A DNA stretch of 64,000 nucleotides from Octopus sinensis (lineage: Eukaryota), in NCBI RefSeq assembly GCF_006345805.1, contig NC_042997.1, positions 183,272,001 through 183,336,000 on the forward strand, given 5' to 3'. Under the pieces are notes generated by a model, which made no database searches, was not told the origin of the DNA, and was given only the letters and a program-made list of their open reading frames with translations. Below are positions 39,298 to 50,856 of the stretch, piece by piece. Position numbers and translations under genes: made by a program. The number at the start of each line of letters is the position of its first letter. The first letter of the stretch is position 1.

Positions 39298-39695
39298 TAT
39301 ATATAAATTAATCAAAATAAAAACATGATGCCAAGGATTCAGCGGTACATATGTTTCGGGCCTTTATTAGACGGATTTATAACAATGCATAATGTGTGTC
39401 TATGGCCTGTCTATGGGACATGTATTACATCAAAAATTCGTAGAATTTTTGATGTAATACATGTCCTTGAGGTGGTAATTGTGCGCGGCTGAAGAAGGCC
39501 ATAGACACACATTATGCATTGTTATAAATCCGTCTAATAAAGGCCCGAAACATATGTACCTCTGAATCCTTGGCATCATGTTTTTATTTTGATTAATTTA
39601 CTCCACCACCTACACCACCAAACGGTATATACAGGTGCTTACAATTATCAAGTACTCACCCTGAATTTCTATATATATATATATATATATATATC
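39298..39695. mobile_element. Penelope-like pseudo-LTR type fold-back relic
   Basis: Arms 39303-39410 and 39496-39600, nested 24-bp hairpin 39417-39467, hammerhead motif, (TA)n flanks; no RT or GIY-YIG ORF seen. Confidence 0.6.
39485..39562 (+). ncRNA. Minimal type I hammerhead motif in the fold-back element
   Basis: GCGG-CTGAAGA-AGGCC...AGGCCC-GAAAC-ATAT-GTA-CCTC; the inverted arm keeps CCGC, which would restore stem I; palindromic stem III ACATATGT. Confidence 0.55.
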
Positions 39696-39728
39696 CACTC
39701 GCTAGAGAGGCCTTAAGCCAACAGGTTT

Positions 39729-39791
39729 TGGGATCTGATGATACGCCATAAAGCTAAGCCCTTTATGGACGTGAAACCTAACGTAATCCTA
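39729..39791 (+). ncRNA. Type I hammerhead ribozyme, intact core
   Basis: TGGGAT-CTGATGA-(T)-stem II ACG/CCATAAAG..CTTTATGG/(A)CGT-GAAAC-CTAAC-GTA-ATCCTA; stem I pairs; GUA cleavage triplet. Confidence 0.75.
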
Positions 39792-39923
39792 TAAACAGGC
39801 CTTATCTAAATTATATATATATATATATCTTTAGTAAATCATAAATCTGAAATAGAAGCACACTCTAAGTTATAGAGCAGTAGAGTTTATAAAGAGAGAG
39901 AGGCCATAGGCCAAAGGGTTTTA

Positions 39924-39982
39924 GGGTCTGAAGAAACGCTGTAAAGCTAAACGTTTTATGGACGTGAAACCCAAGGTGACCC
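39924..39982 (+). ncRNA. Second tandem hammerhead copy with non-cleavable GUG triplet
   Basis: GGGT-CTGAAGA-stem II (G.U variants of the first copy)-GAAAC-CCAAG-GTG-ACCC; 193 nt after the first copy. Confidence 0.6.
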
Positions 39983-40284
39983 CATAGACAGGCTATATCT
40001 ATTTTTATCTATCTATCTACCTATCTATACACATATACCCCCTCCCCGCACACATATAGACATGCATGCATGTAAGTAGTGGTGAAGTGATTAGTGACAT
40101 CACTTAGGAAAAACAAATTTGGCAAAGCACAGCAAAAAGGGGTGAACAATCATGTTTGCTGAAAATGTAGTGAGTATATTTGCCATTTCAATTAAAATAC
40201 CTTATAATTGTACAGGTGCTTCAATACATTTGTATTATTTCAGAGGTTTGAAAAGGATCATTATTTTCATCATCATCATTCAAC

Positions 40285-40877
40285 ATCAGTGGAAATTGTA
40301 GCTGTGATACCAGTGCCGGTGGCACGTAAGCGAACCATCCGAATGTGGCCGTTGCCAGCGTCGCCCCCGACAGGCTTCGTGCCGGTGGCACGTAAAAAGC
40401 ACCATCCGATCGTGGCCATTGCCAGCCTCGCCTGGCCCCTGTGCCGGTGGCACGTAAAAAGCACCATCTGATCGTGGCCGTTGCCAGCCTCGCCTGGCCC
40501 CCGTGCCGGTGGCATGTAAAAAGCACCATCCGATCGTGGCCGTTGCCAGCCTCGCCTGGCCCCCGTGCCGGTGGCATGTAAAAAGCACCATCCGATCGTG
40601 GCCGTTGCCAGCCTCGCCTGGCCCCCGTGCCGGTGGCATGTAAAATGCACCATCCGATCGTGGCCGTTGCCAGCCTGGACTGGCCCCCCGTGCCGGTAGC
40701 ACATAAAAAGCACCCACTACACTCACGGAGTGGTTGGCGTTAGGAAGGGCATCCAGCCGTAGAAACATTGCCAGATCAGACTGGGCCTGGTGCAGCCTTC
40801 TGGCTTCCCAGACCCCAGTTGAACCGTCCAACCCATGCTAGCATGGAAAGCGGACCCTAAATGATGATGATGATGAT
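40285..40877 (+). mobile_element. RTE 3' UTR copy with an expanded minisatellite of about 61 nt
   Basis: About 7 units of GTGCCGGTGGCACGTAAAAAGCACCATCCGATCGTGGCCGTTGCCAGCCTCGCCTGGCCCC, then the standard tail. Confidence 0.85.
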
Positions 40878-41202
40878 CATTGTTTTAACATCTACCTGTT
40901 CTTAGATGGTATTCAATGGGGAAGATTTTTCTGTAGCCTGATACCTTCCCTGTCACCAAGTCTCACCTGCTTTTAAGTAAGGTAATGTTTCTCGTTGGCC
41001 AGGCATGTTTTGAGGCAAGACTAGACATAAATGACATTGCTTGTATGAGTATGATGGTTATTTATAGTTATACAATGTCAAAACCAGGAGATGCAAACAC
41101 ATATACACTCACAAATATATATATATTCCTGAGCGTTATACTAATACATCTGTTTGTTTTGTACACCACCTGTCTTCATCTTTTGTTTTTTTTGTAAACT
41201 CT

Positions 41203-41237
<35 letters not shown>

Positions 41238-41284
41238 CAAAGTAGCTAGTTGTAAAATCTCAACAAGAGATGAGAGTAGTAACT

Positions 41285-41555
41285 ATACTAACAAGTAAAG
41301 TTAATTGCCACAACAATATGGCTGTACTATGTTACTACTAGTTTAACTCCTGGCAGATCTTCCAGCTGGTTATAGGTCTAACACTGCAACCTATACATAT
41401 ATCCTGTCGTCAGCTGGAGGACTGTAGGGGTTCACTCCCCTGCTGGCAGTATATATGTACATGGTGCAGTGCTGTGGAAGATCTGTCTGGGGTTAAACTA
41501 GTAGTAACATTGTACAGCCATATTGATGTGGGCGATTAACATTACTTGTATGTAT
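41285..41555. repeat. Diverged fold-back element next to (TA)n
   Basis: ACAAGTAA...GGCAGATCTTCCA versus TGGAAGATCTGTC...TTACTTGT inverted arms of about 75 nt. Confidence 0.75.
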
Positions 41556-41557
41556 AT

Positions 41558-43395
41558 ATCATCATCATCATCGTCATTTAACGTCCGCTTTCCATGCTGG
41601 CATGGGTTGGACGGTTTGCCTGAGGGCTGGCAAGTCAGAAGGCTGCACCAGGCTCCAATCTGATCTGGCAAAGTTTCTACAGCTGGATGCCCTTCCTAAC
41701 ACCAACCACTCTGAGAGTGTAGTGGGTGCTTTTTACATGTCTCTGGGATGAGGGCCAGTCAGGTAGCATTGGCATCGACCACGCTTGAATGGTGCTTTTT
41801 ATGTGCCACCGGTACAGGAGCCAGTCAGGTGGCACTGGCAATGACCACGCTCAAATGGTACTTTTTACATGCCACTGGCACGGGACCAGTCAGCTGGCAC
41901 TGGGGTCAACCATACTCGAATGGTGCTTTTTACATGCCACCTGCACAGGAGCCAGTCAGGCAGCACTGGCATTGACCACACTTAAATGGTGCTTTTTATG
42001 TGCCACCGGCGCAGGTGTCAGTCAGACAGTACTGTCATTGGCCACAACAATGACTTCACTTGACCCAGCAGGTCTTTGCAAGTGCAGTTTATTGCCCAAT
42101 GATTGAAGAGTACTCTTAAATGGACTGGTTGTGCTGCACTGGCATAGGCCATGCTTATGGTCTCACTTGGTTTGCCAGGTCTTTTCAAGCACAGCATATC
42201 TCCAAAGGTCTCAGTCATTTGTCATCACCTGTCATGCTTCACCACCTCATCCCATGTCTTCCTGGGTCTACCTCTTCCACAGGTTCCCTCTACTGGTACG
42301 GCGTCACACTATTTTACTCAGCTGTCCTCATCCATATACAACACATGACCATACCAGCGCAGTCCTCTCTCTTGCACACTACATCTGATGCTTCTTATGT
42401 CCAACTTTTCTCTCAGGGCGCTTACACTCTGTCGTGTTTGCACACTGACATTACACATCCAGTGGATCATACTAGCTTCATTCCTTGCAAGCTTACTCAT
42501 GTCCTCAGCAGTCATGGCCCATGTTTCACTGCTGTGTAGCATGGCTGTTTGCACACCTGCATCATACAGTCTACCTTTTACTCTGAGTGAGAGGCCTTTT
42601 GTTACCAGCAAAAGTTGGAGCTCTCTGAACTTTGCCCAGGCTATTCTTATTCTAGCAGCTACACTCTCAGAGCATCCATCTCCGCTATTGACTTGGTCAC
42701 CTATGTAATGGAAGCTACCAACTACTTTGTTTTTCCCCCTGGCATGTGACAGAAGCTGTTTTCTGCACATTTTTAGTGTTTATTGCTCTTGAGCATTTGC
42801 CACACAAAAACTATCTTCCCAGTTAACCTTCCTTTGATATTGCTGCACCTCTTATGTGTCCATAGTTTACACCGGGTACATCTTATGCAGTTTCTTCCTA
42901 CGTCTTTTCTACAGATTGAGCATCTACCTGAAGGGATTTGTGATTTGTCTGCCTTCCTACTTATTAAGGCTTTGGTTTTTGCTAGATTGACTCTAAGGCC
43001 CTTCGATTCTAGACCTTGCTTCCACACCTGTAACTTCTCCTCTAGTTCTGATAGTGACTCAGCAATTAGAGCAAGGTCATCATCATAGAGAAGCTCCCAG
43101 GAGCATCCTGTCTTGAATTCCACTGTTATTGCCTGGAGGACTATGATGAATAAGAAGGAGCTGAGGACTGATTCTTGGTGGACCCCTACCCCTGCCCTGA
43201 ATTTTTCACTATACTCGTTGCCAACCCTCACCTTACTGACAGCTTCCCTGCACATGGCTCTTACAGCTCTCACTAACCACTCATCTATCCCTAGCTTCTG
43301 CATAGACCACCAGATAAGGGATTGGGGGACCCTGTCAAAGGCTTTCTCTGGCACAGACCCAAACTGTATCTCATCTAAACTGACTCTCTCCTTAA
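41558..43395 (-). mobile_element. Older RTE-clade LINE relic (RT core to tail)
   Basis: EKAFDRVP, VGVHQESVLS, LLYDDDLALIA, GLRVNLAKTK, C2H2-like RCKLWTHKRC; internal deletion and frameshifts. Confidence 0.9.
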
Positions 43396-44482
43396 TTATT
43401 TGAACGTCAGGGTGATTACTGTAGTCAATTGTAGGATTGTAGTTGAATGCTGTCATTGACCAACATGAGGAGCATGGCCTTGAGTAGGAACGTTGTGCAG
43501 CCCTTCGCTGAGTTGTAGCCTTCAGTCATTGTTGTCTTTCCCCTGTAGTCTCCATGGGACATGCAGCAGCTGTTGCTGCAGTCTCTGCAGCTTGTGCAAC
43601 AGCAGTTGAAAAAGCATCTCTTGTAAGTCAAACTGCATGTTGTGCTGCAGTCTCTGCATCTCTTGTAAGCTGATCTGTGTGCTGTGCTGCAGTCTCTGAA
43701 GCTCATGCAGCAGCAGTAGAGGAAGCATTTCTTGTTCGGTGTGCTGAACATTGCTTGTTGCTCTGGGTGGCTCGTTGCACAGCAATATGTGCTAATCGAT
43801 CACAACACTGCTCTTCACTTTCCCTTCTTTGCACTAAGTGCATTGAGAGAATTCCTCCTGGCGGTGTCCTCGGCAGATTCATTTGCACGCATACATTTAC
43901 TTTTCTTTGCAGCATTTGTTTGCCGACCTATATTGGATCTTTTGCATCAAGGCATGATGGAAAATTATCAGTTTACGCAATAGAAAAAGTCCTAAGGAAA
44001 AAGCGGTAAATGTGTAGCACCCAAAAAAATAGTAAAATGTCGTTGTCAAAAATGTCAATCAAACAGACCGAATTAAGGATTTTTAATTTTGTGTAAGAGT
44101 TTTGAAGTGGCTAATTTAAGTTGGAATAATATGTCAAAGAGTGCTCATGTGAAAACAGAGGCAAATTGTAACTCGCAAGTGAATACTGCTGGCAGTACTG
44201 TGCAAGCAGTCAATAAGAGTTTGCTACAGCTGACAAAATAAAGTATTGATTTTTTCCAGTTGGGTATGTGCCACAATTTTTCGTTGGCTCAAGCCAAATC
44301 CTAGGCGAATTGAGAGTAGTCTATTTATGTTGGGGGCATGGAATTTTGTGGAAGAAAAAGCGTCCTAAGTCAAAGAGAGCACACATATCAAATTTGGTGA
44401 AATTCGGTTGAAAATTGTACGAGTAGAAGTGGTTCACACAACACACACACACACAGACAACTTGCCTTTTAATATATAAGAT
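43396..44482 (-). mobile_element. Helitron/Helentron 5' relic with decayed N-terminal ORF
   Basis: 5' end ATCTTATATATTAAAA followed by (GT)n; ETAAQ-type repeats leading to AFNYNPTIDYSNHP, which resembles the region preceding the Helitron Rep zinc finger. Confidence 0.6.
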
Positions 44483-44511
44483 ATACACACACACACACAT
44501 ATACACACAAT

Positions 44512-44542
<31 letters not shown>

Positions 44543-44564
44543 ATATATAATTACATATATCTTT

Positions 44565-44925
44565 CTTACCTCTTCCTTCACTAATGCAGAGGTATTGTTT
44601 TTAGTCATGTTTGTTTGTTTGTCTATGGACAAGGTATCTCAAGAACTGCTGGATGGATTTGAATGAAACTTTCAGGGATGTTTGGCATTGTGACTGGCAT
44701 GAACTAATTAGATTTTGGGATTGATCCACTACCGGACAAGGATTCTGGATTATTTTTCCCAGTTTTTTTATTTAATTTTTGAAAGTGGTTGGGTTAATTT
44801 TTAATATTCTCATTTGTGAGAGCAGTCGAGTTTATTTCAGATATTCTCATTCTAAAAATCATCTCTGGCTAATCGTTGAGAGGACATTGGTGTTGCCTCG
44901 GTAGAAGTTTGTGCTCTCTGAGTGG
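44565..44925 (+). mobile_element. Probable non-autonomous Helitron-like element
   Basis: TTACCTC...(GTTT)n...GATGAAACTTTCAGG...GCCTCGGTAGAAGTTTGTGCTCTCTGAGTG architecture; family recalled, not verified. Confidence 0.45.
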
Positions 44926-45542
44926 TCTTGTCTTTTATCTTTTACTTGTTTTGGTCATTAGACTGTGGCAATACTGGGGCACCACCTTGAAGAATTGTTT
45001 AGTCAAATACATAAACCCCTGTTCTTATTTTTTAAAACCTGGTAGTCTATCAGTCTTTTTTGCCGAACTACTAACTTACAGGAATGTAAACACACCAGCA
45101 CTGAGAAGAAAACATGTAATAATAAGTTGTGTGAAACAGAGTTTATTTGAATGATATACCTCTCGAAATCACCTGAGGAAACACATCTACAGTGAGGGAT
45201 GCACCTAAACCAGTATCCCACCTGCAAGGGATTGATGCTAGATGGGTTGAAGTGATTGTAGTGATCAATAAAAGTTCTCGTATCTTCCAGCTTCTGTCTT
45301 TCTCATTAATGACATACCCAACAAACACTGAGCCACTGAGTGTGCTTTACTGGCAAACTACCAGTTGTATACCATATGATTTATTAACTACTAATATATA
45401 AGGGCATCCAGCTGTAGAAACATTGCCAGATAAGACTGGAACCTGGTGCAGCCTTCTGGCTTCCCAGATCCCCGGTCAAACCGTCCAACCCATGCTAACA
45501 TGGAGAACGGACGTTAAACGATGATGATGATGATATATATAT

Positions 45543-46330
45543 ACGGGGTCTGATCAATAAGTATCTGGACTGCTGCCATAGTAACGAAGCTAAAGGACAC
45601 AGAGTGAAGCCACTTGGCAACTGTTGACCTTGAACTCTGCTGTGCATGTGCATTCTAGCTCACTTCTGCTGTTTACAGCAGTGCTTGGAAGGAAGGTGTG
45701 TAGCATGTGATTGTTGCATTGACCATGGAAGAGAAAGTTGTCATGGCGATACCTGCTCAGAGGCCTATGCAAAGTTGCAGAAAGTGTATGGAGAGGAGTG
45801 TATGAGTTGCCTCACAAGTGTATGAACGGTTCAAATGTTTCCAAGATTGCTGAAAAAATGTCGATATTGATTAACATTCTGGGAGACCTTCAACCAGCTG
45901 AACTGAGAAAAACATTGCAGATGTGCATGCAGTTGTGATGGAAATCGTCGAATCATCGTCTGTGAGTTATCAAGAGGATGTGCAGATTAGTTATGGTTCA
46001 GTTCAGGCCATTATCACCGAAGATTTGGGTATGAGATGCATGTCTGCCACGTTGTGCCAAAATTGCTTTCAGCTGACCAAAACGACACTGGGTTTTCTGT
46101 TGCACCAGATCTCCTTGATTGTGTCAAGAATGATGAAAACTTTGCATAGGCCTCTGCGCAGGTATTACCAAGCTTTTAGTAAAATTTGATGCAGATTCTC
46201 TGCTCAACTTTATCTGTCATAGTCAATGCGACGATCAGACGCTACACACCTTCTTTTCAAGCACTGGTGTAAATAGCGGAAGTGAGCTACAATGCTAAAA
46301 TTTAGTGTGCATGGTCTGTCACAAACTGTG
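45543..46330 (+). mobile_element. Mariner transposase relic
   Basis: TA-CGGGGTCTGATCAATAAG terminus; broken LQKVYGEECMS..QVYE.FK.F...GRPS..TEKNIADV HTH region. Confidence 0.75.
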
Positions 46331-46450
46331 CACACAAAAAGGTCATTGTGATTCACTTTCTCAATTGTAACATTCTTTATTAAATACACAATAATAATAA
46401 GGATTATGATGAAGTAGCATTAGCATTACCTTTAATTTACAGCCTCAAAT

Positions 46451-46536
46451 AGACCTACATATGTTTCAACTGCATTTGTTAGTAACTGTTGCAATTACAA
46501 CTTTACTATAATACCAGTGCAGTTTCTTCAGGGTCT
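46451..46536 (-). ncRNA. Minimal type I hammerhead ribozyme, intact core
   Basis: Minus strand AGACC-CTGAAGA-AACTGC-(45 nt)-GCAGTT-GAAAC-ATAT-GTA-GGTCT; perfect 5-bp stem I and 6-bp stem II; palindromic stem III. Confidence 0.78.
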
Positions 46537-46955
46537 TCGCTGTAATATCCTTTGAGACTTAACTGGTTAAAGTTTTACATTGATTTTCTTTGCATTCAAT
46601 ATATGAATTACTGATTTATATACTGAATGTTGAGCAGCCTATTTTGAATACCTAACTGTAAGCAAACCAGTAAACGTTTGGAGAAATTCTTTACTAATTA
46701 CCAGTTATGTATGTATGTACATACATACGTATGTATTGGCACTGCAAACACATTGTGGGCCACTGTTTTATTGAAGTCCAGATTTTCTTTATTCGGCTGT
46801 AATATTCTTTAGTGATACGTGTTTTGTTTCAAGTGCCACAGTAAGATATGTTTTCATCCACACCTTGATACCTGTAACATTCCTCATCAGATACAGAGGA
46901 AACAGTCAAATCATTAATGTAGATGTTACTAGTCTGGTGTGTGTGTATGTATGTA

Positions 46956-47426
46956 CTGTAAATCCTTGAGTATAGTCCGCCCTTGAGTATAATATGCAGG
47001 GGTTTTTAGGGGCTGTATTTCTGAAAAACCTAAACCTTGTGTATAATATGCACCCCTTCTTTAACTTGAGTCAATGAGGTCTATATAACGTCCTTGATTT
47101 GTAAAAATGTATACGGTAACGTCCTTTATTATTGCCTTCTTGCCTTCTTTATCTTTGGTATCTGTTTAATTTCATATTTATTTCTTCTCCATAACCTGAC
47201 ATTGCTTTCGTCAACATCAAATTTTCTTCCAGTGGCCCTATTACCATGCTCTTCAGTATATGATATAACTTCAAGTTTAAACATAGCTGCATAAGATCTA
47301 TGAGGCATTTTATGGGCATGTAATGTATAAAATGTTTTCATTTTTAACCTCGTATATAGTACGTACTAGGAATTTTGACCTTTAAATTTTGGGAAAAAAA
47401 TGCAGATTATACTCAAGGATTTACAG
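46956..47426 (-). mobile_element. pogo-like deletion derivative with TIRs, TA flanks and a Brinker-type DNA-binding domain remnant
   Basis: CTGTAAATCCTTGAGTATA...TATACTCAAGGATTTACAG; ORF RSYAAMFKLEVISYTEEHGNRATGRKFDVDESNVRLWR. Confidence 0.82.
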
Positions 47427-48479
47427 TATGTATGTGTGTGTATGTGAATGAATGATGCATGTATATATTCTTTCACTTTTGATCTACCATATCCTCAAGG
47501 CTTTGGTTCACCTGGAACTATTGTAGAAAACACTTACCTGAGGTGCCACGCATACAGGCACATGATTGGGAAGCGAACTTCTCAACCACAGAACCATGCC
47601 TGCACCTATTTTTTTCAAATGACAAACATTTTAACTAACAGCAATACTTTTTGTAAATATCACACTGTACTATGTTGTTTTATATATTACTAAATTTTAT
47701 AAATTTTGAACCTCTTTTTCTCATGTTTATGTTCATCATCATCATCATTTAATGTCTGCTTTCCATGCTAGCATGGGTTGGACGATTTGACTGAGGTCTG
47801 GCAAACCAGATGGCTGCACCAGACTCCAGTTGATCTGGCAGAGTTTCTACAGCTGGATGCCCTTCCTAACACCAACCACTCTGAGAATGTAGAGGGTGCT
47901 TTTACATGCCACCGGCACGAGGGCCAGTCAGGCGGTACTGGCAACGGCTACGCTCAGATGATGCTTTTTATGTGCCACCTGCACAGGAGACTGTCCAGCG
48001 GCACTGGCATCGACCTCGCTTAAATGTTAATTCATATAAAGAAATAAAGCCTATATCTAAGACGGTATCTGTGAATTGAAAATTAAGCATATAGTATAGT
48101 TCACCATCTGGTTTGCTACTAATACAAATTAACTACTTCAGGTTAAAAAAAAACATCATCCCATATCCAAATGTTTGATAAAAACTGGTTTTTCTTTGTA
48201 AGTCGGCAAATTTAAAAGTACAAACTGATTATAAGTTACAAAGGTTAGCTTACTTTGAGGTCAAAGCCAAGATGTGTTATCAGAGGTAAATGTACATTTG
48301 TATTAAATATATACATGCACACACGCACACACACACACACATAATTGTGTGTGTGTGTGTGTATATATATACATAAACACAATTGTATATATGTGTGTGA
48401 GTATCTATATATGTATGTATATAATATATAATGTATATTATATATGTATGTGTGTATATATATGCATGCCTTTTCCCCT

Positions 48480-49135
48480 TGGACACACAAAGACCTTTTG
48501 AGGCAAGCGAAGTCGATATCGAACCTCATCCGACGACAGGCACCTATGGCAACCCCCCCTTGCTTGCGAAGACCTGTTGGGGCAAGTGAAATCGAAATCG
48601 AAATTGAACCAATCCTATGACTGGCAGATGCCAGGGCCCTGGGACTGGAGGTACGTAAAAGCACTATCCGAATTGTGGCCGATGCCAGCACCGCCTCGAC
48701 TGGCTTCCGTGTCGGTGGCATGTGAAAAGCACCATCCAAATTGTAGCCGAAGCCAGTGCCACCTCGACTGGCTTCCATAAAATGCGCCATCCGAATTGTG
48801 GCCGATGCCAGCGCCGCCTCGACTGGCTTCCGTGTCGGTGGCACGTAAAAAGCACCATCCGAATCATAGCCAAAGCCAGTGCCGCCTTGACTGGCTTCCA
48901 TAAAATGCACCAATCCGACCGTGGCCGATGCCAGCCTCGCCTGGCACCAGTGCAGGTGGCACGTAAAAAGCACCCACTACACTCACGGAGTGGTTGGCGT
49001 TAGGAAGGGCATCCAGCTGTAGAAACTTTGCCAGATAAGACCGGAGCCTGGTGCAGCCTTCTGGCTTCCCAGATCCCCGGTCGAACCGTCCAACCCATGC
49101 TAGCATGGAGAACGGATGTTAAACGATGATGATGA
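48480..49135 (+). mobile_element. RTE 3' UTR copy with alternating long and short repeat units
   Basis: Same tail ...CCATGCTAGCATGGAGAACGGATGTTAAAC(GAT)n. Confidence 0.8.
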
Positions 49136-50856
49136 TATATATGTGTGTGTGTCTGTGTGTGTGTGTGTAAAATGTGGAAGGGTGTGCCTCTCAGTTGGAG
49201 ATCTAAAAAGACATGTTAAGAGAGTGCATATGGTGGTACCTGTTTCTGCTGACAGCCAGCACAGTTATCTAGTATGTAATAAAATGTGTAAAAGCTTGGC
49301 CAGGCTTAAAAGTCATATAAGGGCATCACATGGCAACAATCATGAATCATTTCAGTAAGTCTTCTTGGCAATAGCTTTTCTTGATTAACGAATGTTGAAT
49401 GTAACATAAGCCAAAAATACCTTGCTTCAAGAGAGCTACTTGTGAAACTGAAAGACTGTTGAACTGATAGTCTAGGTCAGTCAGGTGTCAACCTATGAGT
49501 CACTACATAGATTGTGTTGTATTATAATTCTGAAAGGGGTGCAAAAATGAAATCTTTTACTTTAGGAAATTTTGATAAAATATATGTTCACGTGTACAGT
49601 ACGACTTAACTATAAAGATTACAATAATGTTTACTAGAGACTAGAATTGAGAAATATTAGGCAGAGGCATGACTGTGTGATGAGAAGTATGTTTCCCAAC
49701 CACATAGTTTTGGGTCAAGTCTCATTGAGTAGCACCTTGAGAAAGTGTCTTCTACTATAGGCCTTGAGCTGACCAAAGCCTTGTAAGTAGATATGGGCAA
49801 CCGAAACTGAAAGAAGTTTGCACCAGGCAAACGGCCACGATCAGTAAAAGCACCAACCGATCATGGCTGTTTGCCAGGCGCCACCTGACTGGTGTCCGTG
49901 TCGGTGACACATAAAAGCACCAACCAATTGTGGCCGTTTGCCAGCCTCCTCTGGCCCCTGTGCCAGTGGCACGTAAAAAGCACCCACTACACTCACAGAG
50001 TGGTTGGCGTTGGGAATGGCAGCTGTAGAAACACTGCCAGATTAGACTGGAGCCTAGTGCAGCCTCCTGGCTTCCCAGACCCCGGTCGAACCGTCCAACC
50101 CATGCTAGCATGGAAAATGGACGTTAAACGATGATGATGATGATGATTATATATATATACTAGCAGAGATACCCGGCATTGCTCAGGATTAACCCTTTCA
50201 TTACTGTATTTATTTTGAGATGCTTCATGTTTCTTTCAATTACTTTAAATATAACAAAGAATTTAGTAAAATAACTTAGTTATTATTAAGCTAGTGTTAG
50301 GAACATAAATTGTGACTAAGGCTTGGTGGAAGATTTTAATTCAAAACTTATAAAAACAAGACATTTGCACTTAGAGTCAGTGCTGGTTTCAGCTGGGTTG
50401 GTAACGAAAGGGTTAAAATGGCATAGTTTAAAAAAATTCTTTTACTTGTTTCAGTTGTAAGCAAGTGTCACTGTCATGCAAGCAATGTCTTTTGTTTTCT
50501 TCTGAGACATAATTCCCCTCAAGCAAAGTATCAAATGTCAGTTTTATTAAATGTGGGGGAAATTATTATTTTTAAAAATTTCATTTAGATATTGAGAAAA
50601 ACAGTGGCAAATGTTTATTGATTCACCAAAATGGGCTGTGATTATAAAGGATTGGGAAGTCTAGATTCATTTGTGGGTCTTCCTCAAGAAGAAATATAAT
50701 CTAAATGTTAATTAAGATGTTTTTCATCATTTAACATCCATGTTCTATGCTGGTATGGGTTGGATGGTTTGACAGGATTATGCTCCATTGTCTACTTTGG
50801 CATAGTTTTTACAGCTTTTCATACATGAATTTGACCAGAAACAAATAATATATGCA

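Noticed and set aside
40300-40720. CRISPR-like array of palindromic repeats
   Set aside because: Units are contiguous with no unique spacers, lie inside an RTE 3' UTR in a spliced eukaryotic locus, and there are no cas genes
41395-41425. CTGACGA on the minus strand in the 41.3-kb fold-back
   Set aside because: No GAAA or cleavage triplet at a workable position
43425-44009. Cys-rich and Gln-rich ORFs suggesting a toxin or metallothionein
   Set aside because: They are alternative frames of a low-complexity CTGCAG-rich repeat within a Helitron-like relic
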